A stretch of 64,000 nt of DNA from an uncultured Acidobacteriota bacterium. Its GTDB lineage: Bacteria; Acidobacteriota; Blastocatellia; RBC074. Location of the stretch: NCBI GenBank assembly GCA_963796275.1, contig CAWCKY010000006.1, forward strand, positions 1,952,001 through 2,016,000, given 5' to 3'. The translations under genes and the position numbers were made by a program. How positions within the stretch are numbered: position 1 is the stretch's first letter; every line of letters starts with the position of its first letter. Under the pieces are notes generated by a model, which had not been told where the DNA came from, did not search any database, and saw only the letters and a program-made list of their open reading frames with translations. This document shows, piece after piece, positions 20,432-29,682 of the stretch.

Positions 20432-20809
20432 ATGAAAATGAATCAGATCATACCAATGCTGCCTGTGATGAGCATGATCGCGAGCATCGAGTTCTATCAG
20501 AAGTTGGGATTCAACGTCGAGCGAAAGAATGATGAATGGGGTTGGGCGATGCTCTGCTTTGACGAGTGTCGTTTGATGTTGGATCAATCGATCAATCTTC
20601 ATCCAGATGCGCCTCGCCAATCCGTTCTATACCTATATCCCGAGAACATAGTGGAGTATCACCAGCAGGTGAGAAGGAACGGGGTAGATGTTCCCGACTT
20701 GGATGTCACCTTTTATGGGATGGCAGAGTTTCGCCTCGATGATCCAGACAGCAACCGATTGTGGATCGGACAAAACACACCTCCCGGAGCCGGTAACACC
20801 AGGAATTGA
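20432..20809 (+). CDS. VOC/glyoxalase/bleomycin-resistance family protein
   Basis: IPMLPV...SIEFYQKLGF...TFYGMAEFRLDDPDSN. Confidence 0.88.
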   Translation: MKMNQIIPMLPVMSMIASIEFYQKLGFNVERKNDEWGWAMLCFDECRLMLDQSINLHPDAPRQSVLYLYPENIVEYHQQVRRNGVDVPDLDVTFYGMAEFRLDDPDSNRLWIGQNTPPGAGNTRN

Positions 20810-20861
20810 GGTGTGAAGAGAAGAACGAAAAATTCTGCATCACCTCTATCAGGTGCACGAG

Positions 20862-21347
20862 ATGAACACCAAGTCGATTTATAAATCGCCTGCGGGCGAA
20901 AGAGCGATAATGGCCTGGTATGATGCTCTGTTGGCTCGTTGGCCAGTACCTTGCACAACGCTAGACGTAGCCTCACGCTTTGGCGCCACCTTTGTCATCG
21001 CCAGCGGAAACGAATCGGCCCAACCGCTGGTACTCATTCATGGCGCAGGCTCGAACTCCGCCATGTGGGCAGGCGATGTTGGCGAATACAGTTGTAACTA
21101 CCGGGTGTATGCCGTTGACCTTCTCGGGGAACCCGGCAAAAGTGCGTCGATACGCCCGGACTGGAATAGTCCCGCCTATGCCGAATGGCTTGGCGATGTA
21201 CTCGACGCCTTGAAAGTAGAAAGGGCCACCCTCATCGGCCTGTCGCAAGGTGGCTGGACAGCGCTCAAGTTCGCTACTTCCCAACCGGAGCGGGTAGACA
21301 AGCTTGTGCTTTTGAGTCCTGGCGGTAGGTCTCTAGAACATGCCTAA
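20862..21347 (+). pseudogene. Alpha/beta hydrolase, C-terminally truncated
   Basis: LIHGAG and GLSQGG are present, but the ORF ends after LVLLSPGG, before the catalytic Asp/His; stop lies in GCCTAAC. Confidence 0.75.
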
Positions 21348-21729
21348 CAAACGTTGCGCCGCAGACGCCGCCAGCCTCAGCAGCAACAGCGACGGCGCAC
21401 AAGATCGCACGGTTGTATTACAGCCTGGTGAAAAACGGAAGAGAGTATCAGGAGCAAGGAACGCGTGCGTACGAAGAGCGAGAGCGGATCGTGGCTAATC
21501 TGGAGAAACGCGCGAAGACGCTCGGGTATGAGCTCGTCGCGAAAGCAGCATAAGAAACGCGGCGGCAGGAAATCGGAGGAAAGGTAGTGAGAAGGAAAGG
21601 GTCGTGGGAAAATTGCAGGAGGACGTGTACCTTGATCTGTAGAATCCAAAGGGCTGTTTCTTAAGAGCCGCCGGGCCTGAGTATATTGAAAACCGAGGAT
21701 AAAACGGCGGCACTTCATACGCATTAACC
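21342..21729 (+). repeat. attC split by an IS110 remnant
   Basis: Left arm GCCTAACAAACGTTGC (21342-21357); right part GAGCCGCCG...TATTGAAAACCGAGG...CGGCGGC...ATTAACC (21665-21729). Confidence 0.75.
21358..21667 (+). mobile_element. IS110-family element remnant (transposase C-terminus plus non-coding right end)
   Basis: 21371-21553 translates as PASAATATAHKIARLYYSLVKNGREYQEQG...VANLEKRAKTLGYELV*, the typical IS110 transposase tail. The element ends at GTTTCTTAAGAG. Confidence 0.82.
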
Positions 21730-21749
21730 ACTAACGCAAGAAAGGCAGC

Positions 21750-22379
21750 ATGGCAAAACTGGTTCACATTCAAACCTCACCACGAGGTAGTCGCTCGGCG
21801 TCGCAAGCGGTGGCGGCGCACTTCATCAAGTGCTACTGTGCGGCGCATCCCGGCGACGTCGTGGATACGCTCGATATCTGGCAGACCGATCTTCCTGAGA
21901 TCAACGGCGCCACGCTTGACGCTGCATATGCCGTCAAGCACGACCAGCCGCATTCGCCGGAACAACTCCACGTCTGGCAGGCCATCGTGCGCATCGCCGA
22001 CCACTTTAAGTCAGCCGACAAATATCTAGTCTCGCTGCCGATGTGGAATTTCAGCATCCCGTATAAACTGAAGCACTATATTGATCTGCTCGTGCACCGG
22101 GGGCTGACCTACAGCTTCACGCTGGAAGAAGGTTACAAGGGGCTCGTCACGGGCAAGCCGCTTACAATGGTCTGTGCACGCGGCGGCGCGTATGGCCCCG
22201 GTTCCGGTGCAGAAAGTTACGATCAGCAGAGCGTGTATTTGAAGAATATCTTTGGGTTCATCGGTTTCACCGACATCCGGGAGATTTTCGTCGAGGCGAC
22301 GGAGGCGAGTCTCACCTCCAAGGATGAGGTCGTGGCAACTGCTAAACGTAAGGCGGCGGAGATGGCCTCGCATTTTTGA
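21750..22379 (+). CDS. azoR: FMN-dependent NADH-azoreductase
   Basis: SPRG..SAS, PMWNFSIPYKLKHYID, ARGGAY, FGFIGFTD. Confidence 0.92.
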   Translation: MAKLVHIQTSPRGSRSASQAVAAHFIKCYCAAHPGDVVDTLDIWQTDLPEINGATLDAAYAVKHDQPHSPEQLHVWQAIVRIADHFKSADKYLVSLPMWNFSIPYKLKHYIDLLVHRGLTYSFTLEEGYKGLVTGKPLTMVCARGGAYGPGSGAESYDQQSVYLKNIFGFIGFTDIREIFVEATEASLTSKDEVVATAKRKAAEMASHF

Positions 22380-22435
22380 TCCGACTTTCATGCGCTGCCG
22401 AAGCAAGGTAGAAATGACTCGAGAGAATGATTGAA

Positions 22436-22513
22436 GGGACAAATGTGGCACGGAGCGGGGGAGTTGCTTTAAAGTCGATGCCAAACGGCGGCCCGGTGAA
22501 CTCCTGCGTAGAT
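22436..22513 (+). repeat. Degenerate attC
   Basis: ACAAATGTGGCACGGAGC...CGGCGGCCCGGTGAACTCCTGCGTAG. Confidence 0.65.
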
Positions 22514-22567
22514 GACCATTCACAAATATCGAAAAAGACCGCGGCCCACACGCCATGAGGTGCATAG

Positions 22568-22996
22568 ATGAGTGATACCGATTATCGAACTGAGCAGGAG
22601 ATTAAAAAGTTAGCACACGAATGGCTCGACGCGGCTCGGCGGCGGGATCGGGCGACACTGGACCGCATTCTTGCCGACGACTTCACGATTTCAGGTTGGC
22701 AACCCGAGGGGCAGTTGGCTGACAAACTCTACTATATCGAGGACTGCCTAAAACCCGTGGATATTCAGGATGGGTCTTATCAATATGATCGGTGGCGGGT
22801 ACGCCAGTACGGCGAGACTGCCGTGGTCAACTGCACTTTGGAGATACAAGCAATCGTTGAGGGCACGAAGTGGGGAGGAGAGGTGCTCATCACGGATGTA
22901 TGGGTTCGCGAGAGGGGCCAGTGGCGGGTAGTGACGCGCCACACGAGTCCGATTGTGAGAGAGGAAAAGGGAGAAGACGAAGCCGCGCCCATCTGA
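22568..22996 (+). CDS. NTF2-like/DUF4440 protein
   Basis: RRDRATLDRILADDF...TDVWVRERGQWRVV. Confidence 0.88.
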   Translation: MSDTDYRTEQEIKKLAHEWLDAARRRDRATLDRILADDFTISGWQPEGQLADKLYYIEDCLKPVDIQDGSYQYDRWRVRQYGETAVVNCTLEIQAIVEGTKWGGEVLITDVWVRERGQWRVVTRHTSPIVREEKGEDEAAPI

Positions 22997-23148
22997 CGAC
23001 CGCAGGCGTAGTAGTCGCCGCTACTCAATCCTAACCCGTCGTTGGACCGCAGCGCGCGATGAATGATTCGGGCAGCACCTCGTGGTAGCACGAGGTGCTC
23101 CCTGATGCTTGACGTCCTGATTGTCAGCTGGCGAAAGGAGCAAAGGGC

Positions 23149-23595
23149 ATGATTAAACACTTCGACCACGTAACCATTGTGGTAAGAGATGTCGAGGCGG
23201 CCAAGCAGTTTTTCGGCCTGCTAGGGTTCAACGAAGACAAGTCTGTCGTTATCGCGGGCCCACAGTTCTCGGCCTACATGGGCGTGGACGGCATCGAAGC
23301 CGAACATGTCACGCTTGTCCTCGCCAACTGCTCGCCGCGAACGGAGGTGCAGTTACTGAAGTACCGTCACCCGGATACTCTCCCCGACCCGGCAATTCGC
23401 AACCTCACGAAACTGGGGTTCAACCATGTCTGCTTCGCCGTGGATGACCTGGAGGCCGAAGTGGCAAGGCTGAAAGCCATGGGCGTCCAACTCCGGAACG
23501 AGATCATGGTATTCCATAACCGAAAGCTAGTCTTTTTATCCGGACCGGAGGGTATCACCGTGGAACTGGCTGAATGGGATCGAAGCCGCGGGTAG
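23149..23595 (+). CDS. VOC/glyoxalase family protein
   Basis: FDHVTIVVRDVEAA..FF...HVCFAVDD...GPEGITVELAE. Confidence 0.9.
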   Translation: MIKHFDHVTIVVRDVEAAKQFFGLLGFNEDKSVVIAGPQFSAYMGVDGIEAEHVTLVLANCSPRTEVQLLKYRHPDTLPDPAIRNLTKLGFNHVCFAVDDLEAEVARLKAMGVQLRNEIMVFHNRKLVFLSGPEGITVELAEWDRSRG

Positions 23596-23732
23596 CGCCG
23601 AACCAACTGCTTACCAGGCACATTACGAAACGGCGGGGAAAAAGGATAGCCATAATAATTGATCGCGATCCTTTGCGTCACCCGGAAATAACAGTTCAGT
23701 TCCGAGCTAGCATCCACGACGGAGGATAATCC

Positions 23733-24137
23733 ATGGAAGCGAACCAAGTGCGTGAAATTATCGAGAAGTGGGCTGAGGGAGTTAGGGCGCGAGACATCGA
23801 TGCTGTCCTGAGTCACCACTCATCGGACCTACTCATGTATGATGTTGTGGGACCCACCCGCTTGCAGGGACTGGACGCGTATCGCCGAACCTGGCTCGAG
23901 CAGTTCTTCCCTTGGCATGGTGGGATAGGCCGTTTTGAGGTAGTCGATCTAAAGGTGTCGGCAGGGGCTGATGTTGCCTTTGCCACGGCGATACTTGAAT
24001 GCGCGGGAACTGAGAACGGAAAGCAGGTCGCATTCACGTTGAGACTGACGATCGGTATGGAGAAGCGCGATGGGGAGTGGATGGTCGTTCACGAGCACCA
24101 CTCGCAGCCCTTGGACTTCGACGCTGCCCGCATCTGA
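23733..24137 (+). CDS. SnoaL/YybH-like NTF2 protein
   Basis: RARDIDAV...LRLTIG..KRDGEW.VVHEHHSQP. Confidence 0.9.
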   Translation: MEANQVREIIEKWAEGVRARDIDAVLSHHSSDLLMYDVVGPTRLQGLDAYRRTWLEQFFPWHGGIGRFEVVDLKVSAGADVAFATAILECAGTENGKQVAFTLRLTIGMEKRDGEWMVVHEHHSQPLDFDAARI

Positions 24138-24143
24138 GCGGGG

Positions 24144-24324
24144 TCTGAGAGCGCTGGCCGTAAGGTGAGCAAGGTGAATCCGTCCTATACGTCGCAAGAT
24201 TGCTCGAAATGTGGGGCCAGGGGGGGGCACTCGCTTCGGGGGATGGTTCCCGATGGGGAATCGTGAGAACCAAGAATCCGCCACTATAACGCCCAAAGCG
24301 GCGTTATAGTGGAGGGAGTGTCAA
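24144..24324 (+). mobile_element. tnpB: IS200/IS605 remnant: TnpB C-terminal fragment and right end
   Basis: 24147-24221 translates as ESAGRKVSKVNPSYTSQDCSKCGAR. A perfect 13-bp hairpin at 24281-24312 is followed by GGGAGTG-TCAA. Confidence 0.8.
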
Positions 24325-24390
24325 ACAATCCAATATTTTCACCGGGCTGCCGGTAGGCCAACAGCGTTCTGCAGACAAGGAGTGCGCTCG

Positions 24391-24765
24391 ATGTTCGATT
24401 ACGATGGCCGGATTTTTCGCTCGATATCGAATTCAGATGGAGGCGATGTCAGCGGAGAGACGAATTTCCACTATCATCAGCGAGGCGATCTCGTCTGGGC
24501 GATCTACAATGGCGGATATGTATTATTCGGCACGCTCTTAGCCAGGGTCGACGCCTTCGGAAACCTGGACATGCGCTACCAGCACATATCGGTTGACGGC
24601 ACTTTCAAGTCGGGTCTTTGTCAATCCCGACCGGAGAGGTTACCCGATGGTCGTCTTCGGCTTCATGAGCGCTGGCAGTGGAGCGACGGCGCCGAAGGCG
24701 AAGGTACCTCCATTATCGAAGAGATACCAAAGGATGACTTACATAATGAATATTTTGACGTATAG
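24391..24765 (+). CDS. Small beta-barrel protein (family often annotated 'n-acetylglutamate synthase')
   Basis: YDGRIFRS.SNS..G.VS.ET.FHYHQ...PDGRLRLHERWQW. Confidence 0.75.
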   Translation: MFDYDGRIFRSISNSDGGDVSGETNFHYHQRGDLVWAIYNGGYVLFGTLLARVDAFGNLDMRYQHISVDGTFKSGLCQSRPERLPDGRLRLHERWQWSDGAEGEGTSIIEEIPKDDLHNEYFDV

Positions 24766-24868
24766 CTATTATTCCTTCAACCTTCCTGACATCCGTTTCA
24801 TCTGAACGCGCCCAACATATGGTTTGTTTACCAGGAATTCACATGGCAAACCCCAGCCAAAAAGCTGC

Positions 24869-24977
24869 GTCTAACACTTATTTCGCGGAGTGCGGGTGCG
24901 CCATATCGGCGGACAAGTGTAGACCTTGTTTTTATAGCCGAGATCACGCGAGGGCCTGTGGGACTCTGACGTGCCGG
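24869..24977 (+). repeat. Highly degenerate attC
   Basis: GTCTAAC...TTTTTATAGCCGAGATCACGCG...GGACTCTGACGTG. Confidence 0.5.
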
Positions 24978-25169
24978 GCGAAATCAATTTGCAGACAGGA
25001 GTCGTATCATGGTTCAAGATTCAGGATGTGAACCATCCATTCTGAATTTCTGTTATTGATGTTTGCCAATGAAGTCGTGCATGAAAATACGATAAGCATA
25101 AGGACGAAGTAGGAATTCCGCGCTATGCAAATGTATAAAGCGACCGGAGAAGGCCGAGGAAAACCCGTT

Positions 25170-25610
25170 ATGAAAGAAAAATCATTGATGATACTGATTG
25201 CCGGGCCATACCGATCAGGTACTGATGATGATCCGGCAAAGATGGCTGCAAACGTGAGGGCAATGGAATCATTCGCATTACCTATTTATCGGGCAGGACA
25301 TCTCCCTGTCTTGGGTGAGTGGTTTGCTCTGCCATTGGTCGAGATGGCTGGCTCAAAGGAGGTGGGAGACGCACCATTCAACGAAATCTTTCACCCTATT
25401 TCTGAGCGACTCCTTGATAAGTGTGACGCTGTACTGCGAATCGGCGGGGCGTCAAATGGAGCCGACGTCATGGTTGAAGTCGCACAAAAGAGAGGGTTGC
25501 TGGTGTTTTACTCAATTGAAGATATAGTGTCATATAAATCATCCAAGAAGACGGGGAAGACGAGTAGAAGCATCAGTCCGGGGCAAGACAAAAAGCGTCG
25601 CATAATATAA
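25170..25610 (+). CDS. DUF4406-like protein
   Basis: ILIAGPYRSGT...GEWFALPL...CDAVLRIGGASNGAD. Confidence 0.8.
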   Translation: MKEKSLMILIAGPYRSGTDDDPAKMAANVRAMESFALPIYRAGHLPVLGEWFALPLVEMAGSKEVGDAPFNEIFHPISERLLDKCDAVLRIGGASNGADVMVEVAQKRGLLVFYSIEDIVSYKSSKKTGKTSRSISPGQDKKRRII

Positions 25611-25659
25611 GCGACCTTGCTTCTGCATTTTTAAACTGCCAGCGTATTAGTAGTAAATT

Positions 25660-26118
25660 ATGGCCAGAGCACCGTTTCAGATCCTTGTCTATCCATATCG
25701 TCAAATCAGCAACGGTGAATACAGGTATGTTTTGTTGAAACGGTCGGATGTGGGTTGGTGGCAAGGCATCGCTGGCGGCGGTGAAGATGGAGAGATTCCA
25801 CTCGATGCTGCCAGGAGAGAGGTGAGGGAAGAAGCGGGGATAGCGAGTGAGTCACATTTCTTAACATTGGATACCATAGTTTGGGTTCGTGTGACAGAAT
25901 TCAGAGACAGCTATCTCTGGGGCGAGGACGTCTATGTAATCCCGCAGTATTGCTTTGGGGTGTTAGTGAGTGATGAGAAAATAACACTGTCTGGAGAGCA
26001 CAGTGATTATAGATGGCTCAATTATGATGAGGCAGACAAGCTCACGAGATACGATGAGAACAAAACAGCGTTGTGGGAGTTAAATCAAAGATTGAAGGGC
26101 AAAGGCCCAAGAGTCTGA
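25660..26118 (+). CDS. NUDIX hydrolase
   Basis: Nudix box GGGEDGEIPLDAARREVREEAG. Confidence 0.93.
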   Translation: MARAPFQILVYPYRQISNGEYRYVLLKRSDVGWWQGIAGGGEDGEIPLDAARREVREEAGIASESHFLTLDTIVWVRVTEFRDSYLWGEDVYVIPQYCFGVLVSDEKITLSGEHSDYRWLNYDEADKLTRYDENKTALWELNQRLKGKGPRV

Positions 26119-26276
26119 TGAGTAATTGGCAGCCTATGCGCAAAGCCGCCGATGGAACAATGGATAAGTCGGATGAGCATCTGTTGCTCAAGGGTTGAGT
26201 ATAAGGATAAATATAGAAATATAAATCTTGCATAATGAACATGGATTGTTAAGCACCAGTTTGTCGGGAGGTACGT

Positions 26277-26786
26277 TTGAATATAATTGAGACAGAAAGG
26301 TTAATACTACGAGAACTCACGACAGAGGATGCATCATTCATATTTGAACTTTTGAATGATCCTTCATTCATACGATACATAGGGGATAAAGGTGTGAAAT
26401 GTGTTGAGGATGCGCATCAGTACATATTGACTGGGCCGGTCGAGAGTTATCATCAGAATGGGTATGGCTTGTATTTAGTGATATTGAAATCTATAGAAAA
26501 ATCGATCGGATTATGCGGGTTAGTTAAAAGACCCACTCTACCGGATGCGGATATTGGATTTGCCTTTCTTCCGACATATCGGTCAAAGGGTTATGCATAC
26601 GAGGCGGCGGCTGCCGTCCTGTCTTATGGGCAAGGGGTTTTAGGATTGAAGCGAGTGCTTGGAATTACGTTACCGGAAAATAACAGTTCGATAAAGGTGC
26701 TAAGAAAAATTGGGCTGAGATATGACCGGATGGTGAGATTGAAAGATGAAGAGAAAGATCTAATGCTATTTACGACTGAAGCCTAA
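26277..26786 (+). CDS. GNAT acetyltransferase (RimJ/RimL type)
   Basis: IETERLILR, DIGFAFLP.YRSKGYAYEAA, N.SSIKVL.KIG. Confidence 0.92.
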   Translation: MNIIETERLILRELTTEDASFIFELLNDPSFIRYIGDKGVKCVEDAHQYILTGPVESYHQNGYGLYLVILKSIEKSIGLCGLVKRPTLPDADIGFAFLPTYRSKGYAYEAAAAVLSYGQGVLGLKRVLGITLPENNSSIKVLRKIGLRYDRMVRLKDEEKDLMLFTTEA

Positions 26787-26933
26787 GAGGTATGGGTACT
26801 TTAATTTGAGCGAGTCTGTGACGATTCATCAGATCATCCATACATCAATCTTTGGACGTACGATCGGATCCGCCATCTCAGTATCTGTATATTCATCTCA
26901 TCACAGCTAAAGCTCCGACGGAGCTTTGAACCT

Positions 26934-27314
26934 ATGAAGAAGTCAGCACCTATATCAAGTCCTGATGCTTACGTCGCCACTCTTTCCGGGTGGCAACGTG
27001 TTATGGTGGAAAAACTGCGCGCGGCTGTTCTTGCCACCGCCGATCTCGACGAAGTCATCAAGTGGGGTAATTTGGTCTACCTCTCAAACGGCCCCGTACT
27101 ACTCATCCGAGCTGAAGAGAATCGGGTCCTGTTCGGCTTTTGGCGAGGAAAACTCCTGCGCGAGATCGAACAGCGCCTGAAGCCCGGAGGGAAATACGAG
27201 ATGGCCACAATCGAATTGCGCGAGAACCAAGAAATCACGCGAACGGTGGTGCGTCGCCTCGTCAAAGCGGCAGTCGAGCTGAATAGGACCCTCGGCGATC
27301 CCACGAAAATCTAA
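26934..27314 (+). CDS. DUF1801 (YdhG-like) protein
   Basis: LR..V......EVIKWG..VY; stop lies in ATCTAAC. Confidence 0.85.
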   Translation: MKKSAPISSPDAYVATLSGWQRVMVEKLRAAVLATADLDEVIKWGNLVYLSNGPVLLIRAEENRVLFGFWRGKLLREIEQRLKPGGKYEMATIELRENQEITRTVVRRLVKAAVELNRTLGDPTKI

Positions 27315-27334
27315 CGAACATAAGGAGGGCAATA

Positions 27335-27799
27335 GTGGCGTTGTCGGTGATCATCATCCTTTATATATCCATCGGGGTGGTGTCTGCGATCGGATCGATC
27401 GCCATCTCCAAGAAGATGTTTTCTGCAAAGGCTGAGCAGATGTTCTTCGGTATATTCCTCGTTCTGATCGCTGTTATTTATCTGGCGTTCACCGCTTATT
27501 TTGGTTCTGGCAATGCCTGGCGGATTGAAGGGGTGGCCGTGATAATTTTCGCGGTACTTGGCATTCTCGGTATGCGGATACCTGTTATTCTCCTGCTCGG
27601 CTATGCATTGCACGGCGTTTGGGACCTGCTCCACGAACTGCAGGTACACGCAGGAGTTGAGATCGATGCCACCGGAACATTATCGGATATCCCACTGGCT
27701 TATGGATTCTTCTGCGCCACCTACGACTGGTGCATGGCAGCGTACTTTTATACCCGGCGTGATTCGTGGAATGCCGCTTGGAGAGCACCGGCAAGATGA
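27335..27799 (+). CDS. Membrane protein (DUF6010-like)
   Basis: Several TM segments, LHGVWDLLH, YGFFCATYDW. Confidence 0.78.
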   Translation: MALSVIIILYISIGVVSAIGSIAISKKMFSAKAEQMFFGIFLVLIAVIYLAFTAYFGSGNAWRIEGVAVIIFAVLGILGMRIPVILLLGYALHGVWDLLHELQVHAGVEIDATGTLSDIPLAYGFFCATYDWCMAAYFYTRRDSWNAAWRAPAR

Positions 27800-27904
27800 G
27801 CGGCGCTCCCGTCTGTTTCACGCTGCCGAACAACTTTGTAAGTAAACTGGGAGTGTGCGGCGAAGATGTGGTGATGCTAGCGGGTACCGGGAAAGGAAGG
27901 TTAG

Positions 27905-28864
27905 ATGACAGGCGACGTAAATAGTCGGAGTGTCGATCCGATCGCTTTGCGTGGTCGTATCGCGGTTGTTGCCGGGGCGACTCGAGGAGCCGGTCGTGGT
28001 ATCGCAGCCGCCCTGGGAGAGGCTGGCGCCACGGTCATCTGTTGTGGTCGCAGCAGCCGCAATCGCTCTCTGCCATCCGACTATGACCGTTCCGAGACAA
28101 TAGAAGAAACAGCTGAACTCGTTTCATTATTGGGCGGTCATGGCATTCCGGAGGTTGTCGACCATCTCGATGCCGACCAGGTCAAGCGTCTGGCGGAGCA
28201 AATCGGAGATTCGTATGGTCACATCGATATTTTGGTGAACGACATTTGGGGCGCAGAGAAGCTCAAAGGTGGACCGCCCGACTGGAACAAGCCAATCTGG
28301 CAGATCGATCTCCAGAAAGGGCTCCGGATTCTTCGCCTCGCGGTCGATACACACTTGATAACCTCCCACTATCTCTTGCCTCTTCTGATAGCACGCCCTG
28401 GAGGCCTCCTGATCGAGGTAACCGACGGAACATCTGACTACAACGCGTCGCGATACCGGATCTCGGCGTTCTACGACCTGGCTAAGGTTGCCGTGAATCG
28501 GCTGGCGTTCTCTCAAGGGCACGAACTCGCGCCTTACCATGCGACGGCGGTGGCAATAACCCCGGGATGGCTTCGGTCGGAGATGATGCTCGAGGCCTAC
28601 AAAGTCACCGAGGAAAACTGGCGCTCCGCCACAGCTCCGCCCGGGTTCGCGGTATCCGAATCGCCTCGTTACGTGGGACGCGCCGTTGTGGCGCTCGCAA
28701 TGGACCCTGGTCGAGAACGATGGAATCAGCGGTCCGTGACATCGGCGGAACTCGCGTCCGAGTACGGCTTCACAGACGTTGATGGTTCTCGCCCTGACGT
28801 GTGGCGATACATGCAAACCGTCGAGAATGGCGATCAAAACGCCAACCCGAACGACTATCGCTAG
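27905..28864 (+). CDS. SDR family oxidoreductase
   Basis: VAGATRGAGRG, YDLAK, TPGWLRSE. Confidence 0.92.
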   Translation: MTGDVNSRSVDPIALRGRIAVVAGATRGAGRGIAAALGEAGATVICCGRSSRNRSLPSDYDRSETIEETAELVSLLGGHGIPEVVDHLDADQVKRLAEQIGDSYGHIDILVNDIWGAEKLKGGPPDWNKPIWQIDLQKGLRILRLAVDTHLITSHYLLPLLIARPGGLLIEVTDGTSDYNASRYRISAFYDLAKVAVNRLAFSQGHELAPYHATAVAITPGWLRSEMMLEAYKVTEENWRSATAPPGFAVSESPRYVGRAVVALAMDPGRERWNQRSVTSAELASEYGFTDVDGSRPDVWRYMQTVENGDQNANPNDYR

Positions 28865-29005
28865 CACCGAATCGGTCATTGCGATCCGGCGTGCAACAGT
28901 GTTTGCGCGGCAATTCGCTTTTTGGCCAATCTGGTGCCCCTCTCAGTGCGAACATGAATTTTGTGACATGAACTTTGTCATAGGATTAGTGAAGGGGGGT
29001 ATGGA

Positions 29006-29126
29006 ATGATCATTGTATCGGGTCGCATCTACGTTTCGAGGCCTCGGCCCGGGACCGGAACTGACTGGATTCATCGAGCGAGCAGAGGGAAGCCGGCATC
29101 AAATCTCTTCGACCGGGCCGCCGTGA
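29006..29126 (+). pseudogene. Antibiotic biosynthesis monooxygenase-like gene with internal deletion
   Basis: N-terminus MIIVSGRIYV joined out of frame to C-terminus GPELTGFIERAEGSRHQISSTGPP*. Confidence 0.55.
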
Positions 29127-29133
29127 AGAGAGA

Positions 29134-29194
29134 GCCCAGGCATGCTGTCCAAGGGCCAAATGACAGCATCTGCCGCTGAAACGAGACGTTGGGC
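29134..29194 (+). repeat. Last recognisable degenerate attC
   Basis: GCCCAGG...GCCGCTGAAACGAGAC-GTTGGGC. Confidence 0.5.
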
Positions 29195-29314
29195 GACTAT
29201 TTTAATCCGGTGACGATAGACCGGCTTTACCGGCTTTCTAAATGAAACAAATTGAGCTAAATAAGTTGAGGACCGTGCAAATTAAAGTTGATTGTTATCA
29301 GTAGTTTCTGGTTG

Positions 29315-29463
29315 GCTCCGGAGGAGCCCGATGTTTATAGCTTAGATGATAATGTTCATCGCAAGCTCCAGAGGAGCGACACTGAACGCCTATATACCGC
29401 TCCTCCGGAGCTTGCGAGGTTTGGATGATCGAGTGCTATAAATATTCCGCGCCGCTGGCGCTC
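29315..29463. repeat. REP-like nested palindromic element
   Basis: GCTCC(G/A)GAGGAGC twice, inverted copy CGCTCCTCCGGAGCT, and ATGTTTATAGC/GCTATAAATAT arms. Confidence 0.7.
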
Positions 29464-29682
29464 GGGACCAAAAACATTGATTCCAATGATCTTTTATTTG
29501 CACAGTCCTCAAATAAGTTGCTGATCGCGGGCTGAGGAAATCTACCAAATGTATAAATGAAATTTTCCGGGTTTGTCTTCGGTGGTGGAATATCCGGGCG
29601 GTGACGTAGGATAACCTTGCGGCGTCGCACGTTCCGGTCGTTGCACCAAATCCTCTTTTTTCCCGGTCAACTAAGGGAGTGA

